A DNA stretch of 64,000 nucleotides, from IMG/VR virus record IMGVR_UViG_3300001919_000065; one strand, written 5' to 3'. Source of the stretch: an uncultured virus (IMG/VR IMGVR_UViG_3300001919_000065). Taxonomy: Duplodnaviria > Heunggongvirae > Uroviricota > Caudoviricetes. Below the pieces are notes generated by a model. It ran no database searches. It was given only the letters and a program-made list of their open reading frames with translations, and had not been told where the DNA came from. A program made the translations under genes and the position numbers. Below are positions 8,389 through 19,500 of this stretch, piece by piece; position 1 is the stretch's first letter, and the number at the start of each line of letters is the position of its first letter.

Positions 8389-10386
8389 ATGGAGATAGGT
8401 AATCCTAAAAACATGAGCGTGATGGAGTTGGAAGAAGTGATTGCTATCTTCAATAGCTCCTACTACAAAGAGGGGAAAACCCTTCTCCCTGACACGGTTT
8501 ATGATACGCTGGTTGAAGAACTGCGTTCCCGTTCCCCGGAATCCAAGGAACTCGATAGTCTTGGGGACGACGTACAACGGGGAGCCAAGACCTTCCGGCA
8601 TCCCAATCCCGTCCTGTCTCTCGCCAAGATTCATGAGGGCAAGGACGGAATTGGTATGGACCAGCTTCGCGGCTGGATTGCCGGACGTGATGTCGTGGTT
8701 GAACCGAAGTACGATGGCCTCACCCTCGTTCTGTACATTGAAAAGGGGCGGCTCGTCAAGGCCGTTACCCGTGGCAACGGAACCGAGGGGGAAGTAATCC
8801 CCCTTGATAAGGTTCTCTATATGGTCCCGCCAAGTTATGGGAACTATACGGGAGCTATCCGTGGGGAAGTGGTCGTAGCTAAGAGCGAAGAGGGGCGGGT
8901 GGAAAGCATGGGGTACTCCAACCTCCGCGCCTGTGCCGTTGGTCAACTCCGCAACAATAAGCTCAAGTGGTCTGACTGGCTCATTACCTTCATCCCGTTC
9001 GATGCAAGCCCATTCCCGGAGGGTGTTGAATCCCGCATGGAACTGCGTGGATGGCTGATGGAAATGTTTGACCTCGTAACCCTCCCCAATGAATGGCCAG
9101 AAGGCGAAGCTCTGACAGATGAATACATCCGGGACATGGCCAAGTACCTGCGCGACGACATCGCATATCCTACTGATGGTATTGTGTTTAAGTTGAACCA
9201 GAAGAATGCTATTGCCGCGGCGGGAGAGGCTACCGCCCATCACCCGAAGGATGCTGTAGCCTTTAAGTTCAACCCGCAGGGAGTTGAAACTACCCTCCGA
9301 GATGTCATTTGGCAAGTAGGCAGAACCGGAGTTCTTACCCCGGTTGCTGTCTTCGATACGGTGAAGATTGGTGGAACCAACGTTTCCCGTGCCACCCTCT
9401 CCAACGTGGCTAATGCGGCCTCCTTCCACATTGGTGATACCGTGGAGGTGATTAAGGCAGGGGAGATTATTCCGTACATCCGCAAGGTTCGCGGCTGTGG
9501 CAATACGGTTTCCGTTGTCCCTCTGACCTGCCCCTGTTGCGGCTCCACGTTATCCTCTAGTGACCTCAACATCTTCTGTACCAATCCGTTGTGCAGGGAT
9601 AAGGTAGCGGCCAAGCTGGAATACGCATGCGGTAAGAATGCACTGGACATTGATGGCATGGGACTTGTATTCTCACGTATGATTGCAGACAAACTGCTCG
9701 CCGGGGAGAATGATGTGGAGCCTCCGACCGCAGAAACTGCTTACCTCCACCACCCGTTCCTGCTTCTCATGTCCGGCACGATGGACAATCTCATCAACGG
9801 AATCCCCGGAACCCAAGGGTACAGAGGATTCCTTGAAGTCGTGGAGGAACGGAAGCACCATGCAACCCTTGCTCAATGGATTACTGCGATGGAGATTCCC
9901 CATGTTGGTTGCACCCGTGCGGAAAGTCTCTCCTATGCTTACCCCAATCTCTACTCTTTCCTCACTCTCTTCCCCGAAGATTTAAGGAACAAGCGTCATG
10001 CGGAGTTCGGCCCCCTGATGACCGAGGCAATTCTGAATTACATGGAGACCGTGCCAACGTGGAACGAGATGACGGCAATGGTTATGACAGGAGATATTCC
10101 CAATGCCGAGGGCAATGTTCCCAAGAGCACCGCGTTGCGGGGAGTGAACTTCGTCATCACGGGAACCCTGTCCCAGCCTCGCCATGTATATAACCTGCTC
10201 GTTCAGGACATGGGAGGCACGGTCAAGGAGAACGTGTCAAGGAAGACCAACTACCTTGTTGTCGGTAAGGAACCGGGGGAGCACAAGCAAAAGATTGCGA
10301 GGCTCCACAAGATTCCTTCAATTACAGAAGAAGAATTTATGAACATGTTGAATCCTTCAATCACAAATGAAAAAAATCCCAACTGA
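8389..10386 (+). CDS. ligA: NAD-dependent DNA ligase
   Basis: EPKYDG adenylation motif, TRGNG, DGIVFK, AFKF, WQVGRTG, Zn finger CPCC..C..C, C-terminal BRCT (FVITG..VSRKTNYLVVG); start at ATG 8389. Confidence 0.97.
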   Translation: MEIGNPKNMSVMELEEVIAIFNSSYYKEGKTLLPDTVYDTLVEELRSRSPESKELDSLGDDVQRGAKTFRHPNPVLSLAKIHEGKDGIGMDQLRGWIAGRDVVVEPKYDGLTLVLYIEKGRLVKAVTRGNGTEGEVIPLDKVLYMVPPSYGNYTGAIRGEVVVAKSEEGRVESMGYSNLRACAVGQLRNNKLKWSDWLITFIPFDASPFPEGVESRMELRGWLMEMFDLVTLPNEWPEGEALTDEYIRDMAKYLRDDIAYPTDGIVFKLNQKNAIAAAGEATAHHPKDAVAFKFNPQGVETTLRDVIWQVGRTGVLTPVAVFDTVKIGGTNVSRATLSNVANAASFHIGDTVEVIKAGEIIPYIRKVRGCGNTVSVVPLTCPCCGSTLSSSDLNIFCTNPLCRDKVAAKLEYACGKNALDIDGMGLVFSRMIADKLLAGENDVEPPTAETAYLHHPFLLLMSGTMDNLINGIPGTQGYRGFLEVVEERKHHATLAQWITAMEIPHVGCTRAESLSYAYPNLYSFLTLFPEDLRNKRHAEFGPLMTEAILNYMETVPTWNEMTAMVMTGDIPNAEGNVPKSTALRGVNFVITGTLSQPRHVYNLLVQDMGGTVKENVSRKTNYLVVGKEPGEHKQKIARLHKIPSITEEEFMNMLNPSITNEKNPN

Positions 10387-10687
10387 ATTTACCCGTAACC
10401 CCTTCACCTGTCGCCTCATTTTCCGTGAGGCTGGCGTTGCCATCTATGAGCTAACCCATAAAGGAAGCGGGAAGGTAAACAATTATGAGGTTGTCATCAT
10501 CCGTCAGCACAAAGCGGACAATGATTTCATCAAGGTTAAAGCCGGAGATGAATATCTCCCCAGCACCAGTGAGTGGGGCCAGTATGGATGGACATTCCCC
10601 ACTCTTGAACTCGCAAACTACAAAGCCAAACATATCATTCATGAACGTTCTATGGATAAATCAGGAAGTCACACTTCCACTAACTAA
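10367..10687 (+). CDS. conserved phage hypothetical protein
   Basis: YEVVII...EYLPS..EWG..GWT; overlaps neighbours as in a coupled operon. Confidence 0.7.
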   Translation: MKKIPTEFTRNPFTCRLIFREAGVAIYELTHKGSGKVNNYEVVIIRQHKADNDFIKVKAGDEYLPSTSEWGQYGWTFPTLELANYKAKHIIHERSMDKSGSHTSTN

Positions 10688-11312
10688 ATCAGTAATAGAT
10701 AAACAGGTTGAGGCCGCAGAGATAATGGGCCGTGTCTGCTATAAAAGCGAACCGAAGGGCGACCCCATTGCGTTTCTCTCCCGTATCATTAACCGCGGAC
10801 ATGAAAGTGTCATCGAGCATATCAACATCCCGGCAGTCCTCTCGACGGATAGAGCGGTGACACATCAGCTTGTCCGTCATCGTCACATGAGCGTCAGCAT
10901 GGAGAGCCAGAGGTTTGTCAACTACTCCCGGAAGGGAATCATTTGCTTCGTCCGTCCGCAGTTCTTTAGCGACGAGAAGGTTGACCCGAAGACCATTGAA
11001 GAGTTTAAAGATACCTGCCAGAACCTTGCGGAGAAGTACGTGGAACTTGTCCAAGGAGGACTGCCTCCCGAAGAAGCGCGGGGATTGCTTCCGAACTGTA
11101 CGGCTACGGTGATTGGTGTGACTGCTAACCTCCGCGAGTGGAGGCACATCTTCCGTATGCGATTGGACGGTGCGGCCCAGCCGCAAATCCGTGCGCTCCT
11201 TCTGGCCCTCCGGCAAAAGATGGAATTGAAGTACGACCTCGCATGGGCATTCAAGGACATCCCCGTTAATGCTAACCGACTTCATTCCGTTCCAGAACTA
11301 TGGGCAAAATAA
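10641..11312 (+). CDS. thyX: FAD-dependent thymidylate synthase
   Basis: GHESVIEH, RHR-x7-S (RHRHMSVSMESQR), EEARGLLP, NLREWRH, AQPQIR; start at ATG 10641. Confidence 0.96.
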   Translation: MNVLWINQEVTLPLTKSVIDKQVEAAEIMGRVCYKSEPKGDPIAFLSRIINRGHESVIEHINIPAVLSTDRAVTHQLVRHRHMSVSMESQRFVNYSRKGIICFVRPQFFSDEKVDPKTIEEFKDTCQNLAEKYVELVQGGLPPEEARGLLPNCTATVIGVTANLREWRHIFRMRLDGAAQPQIRALLLALRQKMELKYDLAWAFKDIPVNANRLHSVPELWAK

Positions 11313-11905
11313 GTCTCAAGAAGTATCGGGAACAGATGGCGGCTAACATGAAAGCCCCAACTGCGAAGCGTCGAAGAGGAAAGTTCAAGTGCAAGAAATA
11401 TGGAGATAAATTTTACTGGTATCGAGATAGCCCCGCGGAGCAAAAGAAGTTCTTGAGGGAGACAAAAGCTAACAAGCTTCGGTCTCGCATCATGCCTGAA
11501 CATAAGCAACTTATCCATGCCTCTCTCCGGTCGAAGAAACAACTGACCGAGGAACAACTAACCTATGGTCGCATCCTTGCGTCCAGTAAACTTTCCATAG
11601 GTGCAGTTGGAGAAACTACCCCAGATGAAACCCCTAGCTGGATTAAGGAGGACAACTCCTTTTTCTTCCAGTTTAAATTTCATGGCTATTTCATCAAAGG
11701 TGAAGTCCCCGTGGCTCTTGTTGGAAGTTCCTCTGCGGCTCTGGAAATATGCAGGAAGGCGTACAAGTTCGCACGGAGAATTACAAGGAAGTGGACAGTC
11801 AAAGAAGGATGTTTAACTCTACCCTCTCCCCGCCTCTTCGTCATAGCCAAGATGTCTATTCGCAAATATATCAACAAACAAATTTACAAGCACCTCACCA
11901 AATAG
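11300..11905 (+). CDS. basic hypothetical protein
   Basis: 201-aa Lys/Arg-rich ORF. Confidence 0.65.
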   Translation: MGKISLKKYREQMAANMKAPTAKRRRGKFKCKKYGDKFYWYRDSPAEQKKFLRETKANKLRSRIMPEHKQLIHASLRSKKQLTEEQLTYGRILASSKLSIGAVGETTPDETPSWIKEDNSFFFQFKFHGYFIKGEVPVALVGSSSAALEICRKAYKFARRITRKWTVKEGCLTLPSPRLFVIAKMSIRKYINKQIYKHLTK

Positions 11906-11906
11906 T

Positions 11907-12413
11907 ATGCACGCACACGAAGCAATCAACGCAATCGTTTCAACCAAGGTAAACTCACAGGCTTTTCCCGACCTGCCGGAAGGAAAGGAATCCATGAACG
12001 ATGCCGTCAACCACCCGAAGCATTACACCTCCCACCCCAGCGGAATCGAGACCATAGAAATTACTGGCAAGCTCCCCTTCGCATTAGGGAATGCCGTCAA
12101 GTATTTGATGCGGTCACAGTACAAGAAGAACCGTATTGAAGACCTCAAGAAAGCACGATGGTATTTGGAGTACCATGCTAAGCACTGGTCCAAGGTGTTC
12201 GAAACGTTTGACCTTTACCTTATCCTTGAACAGTTCAGGCGCACGGTGATGAGCCATAGCTACCAACGTAGCCCCGAAGATTCCATTCTGGTACGGCTCT
12301 TCTATATCTGGGCGCATGATAAGTTGGTTGAGGTAAACCCCGCATCGGAATTGCAACGATGTATCGGAGAGATTACCCAGCTAATAGAATCCCTCGAAGC
12401 GAAACAGAACTAA
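11907..12413 (+). CDS. DUF3310 family protein (T7 gp1.7-like putative nucleotide kinase)
   Basis: DAVNHPKHY...IETIE...GNAVKY..R..KK...EDLKKARWYL. Confidence 0.85.
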   Translation: MHAHEAINAIVSTKVNSQAFPDLPEGKESMNDAVNHPKHYTSHPSGIETIEITGKLPFALGNAVKYLMRSQYKKNRIEDLKKARWYLEYHAKHWSKVFETFDLYLILEQFRRTVMSHSYQRSPEDSILVRLFYIWAHDKLVEVNPASELQRCIGEITQLIESLEAKQN

Positions 12414-12498
12414 AACAAAAACCCCGGAAGGAAATATCTTCCGGGGTTTTCGCTTAGAACCCAAACAACTTACAGTCCAAACAGAATGATGTCGTTGC
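12412..12498 (-). ncRNA. candidate ~85-nt small RNA
   Basis: Own promoter (12505-12533), no ATG ORF, ends in the terminator. Confidence 0.5.
12418..12450. terminator. bidirectional intrinsic terminator between convergent arms
   Basis: AAAACCCCGGAAG-N7-CTTCCGGGGTTTT. Confidence 0.9.
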
Positions 12499-12504
12499 GG
12501 ATTC

Positions 12505-12533
12505 TTTATACCATGCAGTACCTATGATGTCAA
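12505..12533 (-). promoter_or_regulatory. sigma70-type promoter
   Basis: TTGACA-N17-TATAAA. Confidence 0.7.
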
Positions 12534-12536
12534 TAC

Positions 12537-12899
12537 CTAACTGACAGGAACTTCGTTTTTCTCAATGCTCGCCATCAGTTCGGCGAGCTTTTTCTTTTTG
12601 GTTTCGAGTAGTTGTTCGAGCCTCTCTATCTCTTTGACGTAATCGTGGCACGCATGCTTGGCCGCGTCCTGATAGGTGAGGAAGACAGTGTGGTTGAGAT
12701 AGCCATTATCTATGGTTCTGAATCGGTGGTTGATGTATTCGATTCTGACACGAGAAACGAAACATTCGAAGGCGACATCAGATACTTCAACGGCTCTCAC
12801 TGTGGGCATGCCACCGCAATGTACGTTAATGAACACCGTGCATCCCTTATACAGGGGGAGCTTGCTAGCTTCTTCTGCTGTGAATATTGAATGGTCCAT
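12537..12899 (-). CDS. hypothetical protein (probably leaderless)
   Basis: 120-aa ORF; promoter TTGACA-N16-CATACT at 12907-12934. Confidence 0.7.
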   Translation of the reverse strand: MDHSIFTAEEASKLPLYKGCTVFINVHCGGMPTVRAVEVSDVAFECFVSRVRIEYINHRFRTIDNGYLNHTVFLTYQDAAKHACHDYVKEIERLEQLLETKKKKLAELMASIEKNEVPVS

Positions 12900-12937
12900 G
12901 AGGGGAAGTATGTATTAACTTGAAATAATGTCAAGGA

Positions 12938-13543
12938 CTATTTTAGCCAGCAGTCAGATTCAATATCGAAGTGAGCCTTTACTGATAGGTCGCAACCACA
13001 TAAGGTACAATAGAGAGGGGCCGCCCCATTAGTCAGGTCAGCAAGCCCGGAAATTTTTTCCTTGAGGAATTTGCGGCCAGCTCCTTCGGCTCCACATGTG
13101 GCGCACCCCTGCTTCTCTAAATCCGGGGGAGGCGTAGAGGTAGCATACGGACAGGAGGCGCAGATAGCATAGCGGCGGCGGGCTTCTGCCTCGTCTACAA
13201 ACCTGTGTCCCCGTCGATACCAGAGAACCATAGTACCGAAGAAGGCCAATATCTTCTTGGCACTCATGGGTTCATACTCCTTCCATTCAATTCCCTTATC
13301 ACCGCAGGTGGTGCAGTACTGGGGAGGGAGAGAAGCGCAAAGCTCTGATTCAAAGAGCGCAACCTGAAAGGGTTCTCCGTTATTCATGAAGAGACGGGCG
13401 ACCGCCTTGCGGAGTTGTTCCAGTGAACCCGCGGAAACCTTGGTTCCCTTGAGCCTGACACTCATGGATTCAGGGACAACAAACTTCCAGCCTCCCGGAG
13501 GGGTGGCCATGATATGATTGGGTACTATACGAAAAGAGGGCAT
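12938..13543 (-). CDS. Cys-rich (Zn-binding) protein
   Basis: RRYAICASCP..CATCG..CTLCGC..K..C motifs; leaderless promoter. Confidence 0.75.
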   Translation of the reverse strand: MPSFRIVPNHIMATPPGGWKFVVPESMSVRLKGTKVSAGSLEQLRKAVARLFMNNGEPFQVALFESELCASLPPQYCTTCGDKGIEWKEYEPMSAKKILAFFGTMVLWYRRGHRFVDEAEARRRYAICASCPYATSTPPPDLEKQGCATCGAEGAGRKFLKEKISGLADLTNGAAPLYCTLCGCDLSVKAHFDIESDCWLK

Positions 13544-13578
13544 GGGAGAATTATATCTCCCATGCCCCCGAAGGTCAA
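13538..13578 (-). promoter_or_regulatory. promoter with -10 box as hairpin loop
   Basis: TTGACC-N17-TATAAT; 12-bp inverted repeat 13538-13549/13556-13567 whose 3' arm contains the ATG. Confidence 0.8.
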
Positions 13579-13594
13579 GGATATAAACAGAGGA

Positions 13595-16500
13595 CTACTG
13601 TTTCATCCGATTATGAATTTCCTCCGTACTCAATGCCCCATCAATCTGAATGCTACCCTTCCTCATGAGGTTGATAATGAGTTTCTTCTGCTCTTCGATT
13701 AGGCGTTTGCCCTCGTCCGTGGTATTAGACTTCTGCAATTCGCGGTTGAGTTTCGCGATAGCCTCACGTCCTGCTTGCGGGCTAATGATGTAGGGCATGA
13801 TGCCTTTCATGGCCGCGCCGTAGGTCTTGGCACTCATACCGGAACTCTCAATCACGGAAGCCAGAACTTCCTTCCGCAGAGCGGGGTCAAGCATGTTTGT
13901 AATTTCCGTAACGAACCGGACACTATTGACTAGCTTGGTGAAATTCTTCACGGCATCCGCGGTTTCCACGGCTTCCATAGATTCCACATCCACCCCGGAT
14001 TCCATTCTCTTGTAGAAGTCCGGACGAAGGACGCTCATTCGCTTCGACTTAGTGACCGCCGCGTTGGCATTCTTTAACCCGGCGGCAAGGGCTTCGGTCA
14101 AATCCTTCGGACGACGGAGACCAGTACCAAAGGTCTGTAACCCGTATGCCTCGGCACTCATGTCAGGCGTATCACTAAACGCTTGTTTACCCGACTTGAC
14201 TGCCCAGCCGTAGAAGGGAATCTTTTTATTGGCAACCGTCGCGACACGTTCAAGGACTTGCCATGTATGTCCACTGCCGAACGAGGGGTTCAGCCCTGCG
14301 GCCAACAGGATTGCGTTGCCGACTGCCGGGAGAACGTTGACGCTTTCATCACCGGAGAGGCTATGCTTGTAATTGAAGTCTTCCTCATTAAACAATTCAG
14401 TAGCTGTGTTCAGAAGGAGGGATTCTTCAAGCACCGTATTTTCCAGCAGGTTTTTCAGTTCGGCAACCTTGTTCATCCCCCACTTGTCCACATCCATATC
14501 CATGAAGAGGCTGGGCAGGGTTTTGGCTAACACCTTGATGGTCTTGAACGGGTTCATGTATTCAAGGTTCAAATACTCGAACTCATGTCGCTTCATATCT
14601 ACGATGCCAATCAAGTCCCCGAACTTATCATAGTCAGGAATTAGCCCACTATCTGCCAGCTTCCTCATGACTTCCGCGTCGTCAATGATTTTACGGTCAT
14701 CGTCATCCTTAAAGATACTGGTGATAATCTGTCGGGCAACCCAGGAAGAGACCGCAGAGGTTGCAGAAATAGTTCCTACGGAACCAGCGATGCGAGCGAA
14801 AGCGCGTCCCAAGAGGTAAGCCCCCTCCTTCTTCATGCCGTTATTGATAGCCCACACACCATCTACCCCTTCGCCTATGGCGTGGCCAAGGTTGTAGGCT
14901 ACAGACTGGGCGGTATGGTACTGGAACATGAAGAACGGAGCCGCAACTATATTCAGGGTTTTCACCCACGAAGGAGTACGTGAACCCGTGGGGAGCAAGC
15001 TCTTCACCATGTGGGCAGTATACCTGTCCACATACGCATCCCAACTCTGGTCAGTCTGGCTCGCGTCAAGGAGTATCTGGTCCCGCGCATTGGGGTTGGC
15101 CTTGCCTTTCGCCCGTGCCAGTTGTACCTTTAATTGGGTATCGGCAATCGCTCTCTGGTTAGTGAAGAGAACAATCTTGGCCGCCGCGTCCGGCAAGCCA
15201 TAGGCGAAGGACATCGTTTTGATGGGCCATGCTACGACTTTGCCCGCCATCTTGGCGGCATCCTTAGCCACCTCGCCCTTCGTCCGTTCCTGTTTCTCGT
15301 TCAGAGCTTCGGCCAGTTTGAAGAAGGAATCCTCATTCACTTCTTCGAATTCTCCTGCCATCTTACTGAACTCGTCGGACTTCCAGACGTTGCGCAGGAA
15401 CTCCCCTTGACCTGCGTCCAGCAGACCAAGCTCTTGCCAGTAGCGAATCTTCTCGTTGTACCTGTCTTCCGCGGCCAGCAGTCTATCCGCAGAGGCCTGT
15501 GAAGCAAGGTCTTTACCGCGGGACAACTTCCGCAGTTTATACATCTGGCTCCAATCTCCGATAAGCTTTGCGATTTCTATACCCCCCGTGAATGGGAGTG
15601 CACCCGCTTGGGTCATTTGGGCTACTGTACCATATAAGTTACGTAAAGTGGAATTAGGACTCGCTATTAAGACAGAAAGGTTAGCCAAGCCACCCGCCTT
15701 ACTCCACCATCCTTGCCCCTTGCCGGACTTCTGCCAGTACTCGCGGACCTTCTTATAGTCATCCGTCCTGCTATTCAGGATGTCGTCGCTCGGCCTGTAG
15801 ATGTGATAGATGGCATCGGCTACATCCTTGTCGGCGTACATTCCGTTCAACGCATTCTTCGTATTCTTCAAGGAGATTTCCACCATGTCCGAAGTACGGT
15901 TCGTGGAATTCGGGGGTACGACCACACCCTGCGCTTTCAGTACGGAGGTATACTCGTCAGCAAGCAACTGGTTCACGGCAATCTTCGACTGCATGGATAG
16001 GGTATTCTGTAACGTCCCAATGGCATCCCCAATGGTGAGGTCGCTAAGTTCATACATAGCTTTCCTCTGCCATTCGGGCAAGCGTTTCCGCTGGGCCAGC
16101 GCATCTTCATTCGTCCTCTTCTTGGACAGAACTTCGTCAATGGCATTCATGGCATCGTTCACCGCAAGACGGGAGAGTTCCGGATATTGCAACACTTTCA
16201 AGTCGGTAGCGGAGATGACGTTGCCCATATTGTTCGCCCCCATGAGAATGCCCGCCTGACCCCGGAGAAGATTGAGCGTCTTGTCCAGTCGTTCTGCGGC
16301 ATTCATATTCGGAGCGTTCCATATCTGGTCAATGGCCGAAGTCGGGATAGTGGGGATGGCCTTGTTCACTTCGGAAGCCACGGATGCCGGGGATTGAAGA
16401 CTGCCGATTTTGTCCGCAATCGTTTTTCCCGGAAGGCCGGAGAAGACTTCGGCGAGGAAACTATCTCTGGCTTTCATGTCCAGAGTTTCCTTCCTCTCTG

Positions 16501-19500
16501 TCATCTTTGACTTCGTGCGATAGTCTGCCTGTGCTATCATGCTCATGGCCTTATTATATATGGCACTGATGTTGTGGCCGTCTCGCAGGTCCGCAAGCAT
16601 TTGAACCGCACCGAAGTTGTTCTGAATGAAGTCCAGAATCTCCCTGTTCCTGTAGTTCTTGGCTACACCCTCGAACAGGAGTTTATAATTCGCGGAGGCT
16701 CTCGGTGGAGCGGATACCAGCGGAAGTTTCAACTCGTCGTGGAGCGCGGCCAATGCCTGCATGTTGTCCAGCACTTGGCTTACGTTTTCGGACAGTTCTC
16801 TCTGGTGCGCTTCGGCATGAGAGATTGCGGCTTCCTGCAACAGTTTCGTCAGACCGTCGTATTTCTGCGCCAGTTCTCCGTTGGGGTTTGCGATGATGTC
16901 CTTCATCGTCCGGGTGAAGTCTCCGGCATGGCGTCCAACGGCCATGTAGGTGCGATGAAGATAATTCATCTCCGCGGCGTTGTCAGCCATACGGCTATCT
17001 CCAATGAGCTTGGCAATAGAGATTTGCGTTGCGGCAATTTCTTTACGGGAATCGGCGATGACATTGTGGACCAGTTGACCTACAACCCCCTGTGACAGAA
17101 GCCACTGTTCAGCGGCATCCCGCTTAGCCATATACTCCGCTTGTTTTTGACGGCGTGCATTGAGGATAGCGTTGTCCCGTTTCAGCCACACGGAACCAGC
17201 AGGGGTAGCTACGCCAGCGCGAGTTACACCCGCCCTCTTTGTTGCGGCATGGAAATCCTCATTGGCTTCCCGGATGATTTGTTTAGCTTCGGCCCGTGCC
17301 TTAGCGATGTCCTGAATCATAGGAGCGATGACGGGATGGTTTGTACTCTCCGCATAGAGGAAGTCATTGCGAAGGTTGGACCACCTGTCCAGAAGTTCCT
17401 CCATAGAGAAGGGACTATCCGCTTCGTTAATCATATCCGTGAGATAGTTTTGCGTGTCACGGGCAAGGCCAAAGTAGGTGGATTCCAGATTGGCATTCCC
17501 CGTCGCGGAGATACGAGAGCCAAGGTCGGAGAGCGATTTGTGAATCTGCTGGGAGAGCATGGGGAGAGCTACCTGCTTGTCCAGCATGGCTCCATATCCC
17601 TTGGCGCTCATGTCTTTAATCCGGCGCATCATGTCGTTGATTTCCAATCGCCCTTCACTATTAAGCGCAAGGGAGTTAGCCAGACGCACCGCTTCCGCGT
17701 GCCTATTGACGGCATCGGTGACAGTCTTCTTAGCCAACGCGATACGGAAGTCGCGGGTCTGTTCATGCTGACGAACTTCTGCTTGAGCCTCCGCGTTAAT
17801 GCGTGCAACAGTTTCAGGGTCAATATCGTTGTCCATATTCCCCGACATGTCAAGAATGGACTTGCTCCATTTCTTTCGCGTAGCGGCATCCCAGCCCAGA
17901 TTATCCGCACGGCGTTGAAGCATATCACCAATTTTGTCAATGCGTTTAATACTGCGTTCATACGCCGCATTCACGTTGGCCATTTGTTCCAGCACAACCA
18001 GCTTCTGTTCCTCGGACTTAACATTGATGCCAGCCTTGTCCCAGTTCTTGGTTACACCCAGCCATCCGTTCTTAATACTAGTCACCCAGTTCCCGGCATT
18101 CGTGCCAATGATTTCTGCGCCAAGGCCGAAGGACAGTCTCCGGGTCATGTCAGTCTCATAGGCCATCGGGTTGAAATAATCTACCCCGTTGCCCATAGTA
18201 TAGTCCGTATCGTCTACCTTCCATGATGGAGTGCGAGGCATGTCGAACCACTTGCCGGGGGTCATGTCCGCGACGCGGGCCACATAGGAATCCCATTCAG
18301 CCGCGCGTTCAGCGGCGGTGGTTCCGTCCATATCGTCCGCAGTTTGTCGCACGTCCCTAATCAAATCTTTAAGCCATTCGACGAGGCGCACGTGAACGGG
18401 CTTCCGGCCTCCCGCCGCTTCGGCATAGCGAGCCAAATCCGTGATGGTGATATTGTCTCCGCTAGCTTCCGCTACCATGAAGTTCATGACAGGATTGGAG
18501 AACGCGACACTGGCAAATTCGTCCGCACCGCGGAGACCGTAGTTGAGGTCGGAAGCGAGCGCGGCGATGGCGTTCATCTCATTGATGTCCACGCTAGCGT
18601 CATACATAGCGGAGAGGCTATCAACAATGTTGTTGTAGTTCTCTGCAATCGCGCTCCTAATCCTATCCATCCGCTGGGAATAGTCCGTGTTGGTGGCACG
18701 AAGATGACGGTCAATGAGGTGGATGACTTCGTGCAGTACCGTTCCCGTTACGCTTTCAATCGCATTGTCCCGGTTCACGTACAGGTCAATGACACCGCCG
18801 ACAAGCTTCCCGTCCGTGCCGTTCATGTAGGTGATACTGGCAGGGGAAGAGATATTGGTGGGGGCATTGGTGGCTCGGATAGCGAGGTCAAGACCTGCGG
18901 CATGGAGAGCCTTGAGTACTCCATCAATGGCCGCGGCCTGTGCGGGGGAGGCATTAACTTGAAGGCCGCGAAGCGTGCCGTAGGCATTTGCGCCAGTCCC
19001 ATCCGTCGGGAGATTGAGAGCGGAGACCTTGTCCCCCCACTTGGTGCTGGGAGTACCTCCCTCACCCGTGTTGTACATGCTTGCGTGCGGAGCGATGACA
19101 ACGGTTTCTCCCGTGTTGCTGGTAATCATGGGGGCGTTAATCCCGGTCATCTCGTTCAGGGAGACGAGCTTCGCGCCGCGGTCCAGAGGTGAACCGGATG
19201 AGAGCCATGCCCCAGTGTTGGGGTCGAACGAGGTGATTGCCGCATCCATGTTATCCACGGAAGCGGTAGCTTCTGGGGTAACTACTCCCGTCTCTACCAT
19301 AGCGGCAACGGGGGCAATAGCATTGTCCCTCTCCTTCCGTGCAATAGCTACCGGGGATTCCGTGGGTTCCGCGGTAGCCGCGGTAGCCGGGGATTCCTTG
19401 GGTTCCGTGGTAGCCGTGGGTTCCGTCAATCCGTTGATGACGTGAAGAGCGGCGTCGAGGTCTTCATCTCCTGTAGTAAGGATGGACAGGTCGTCGTCTA

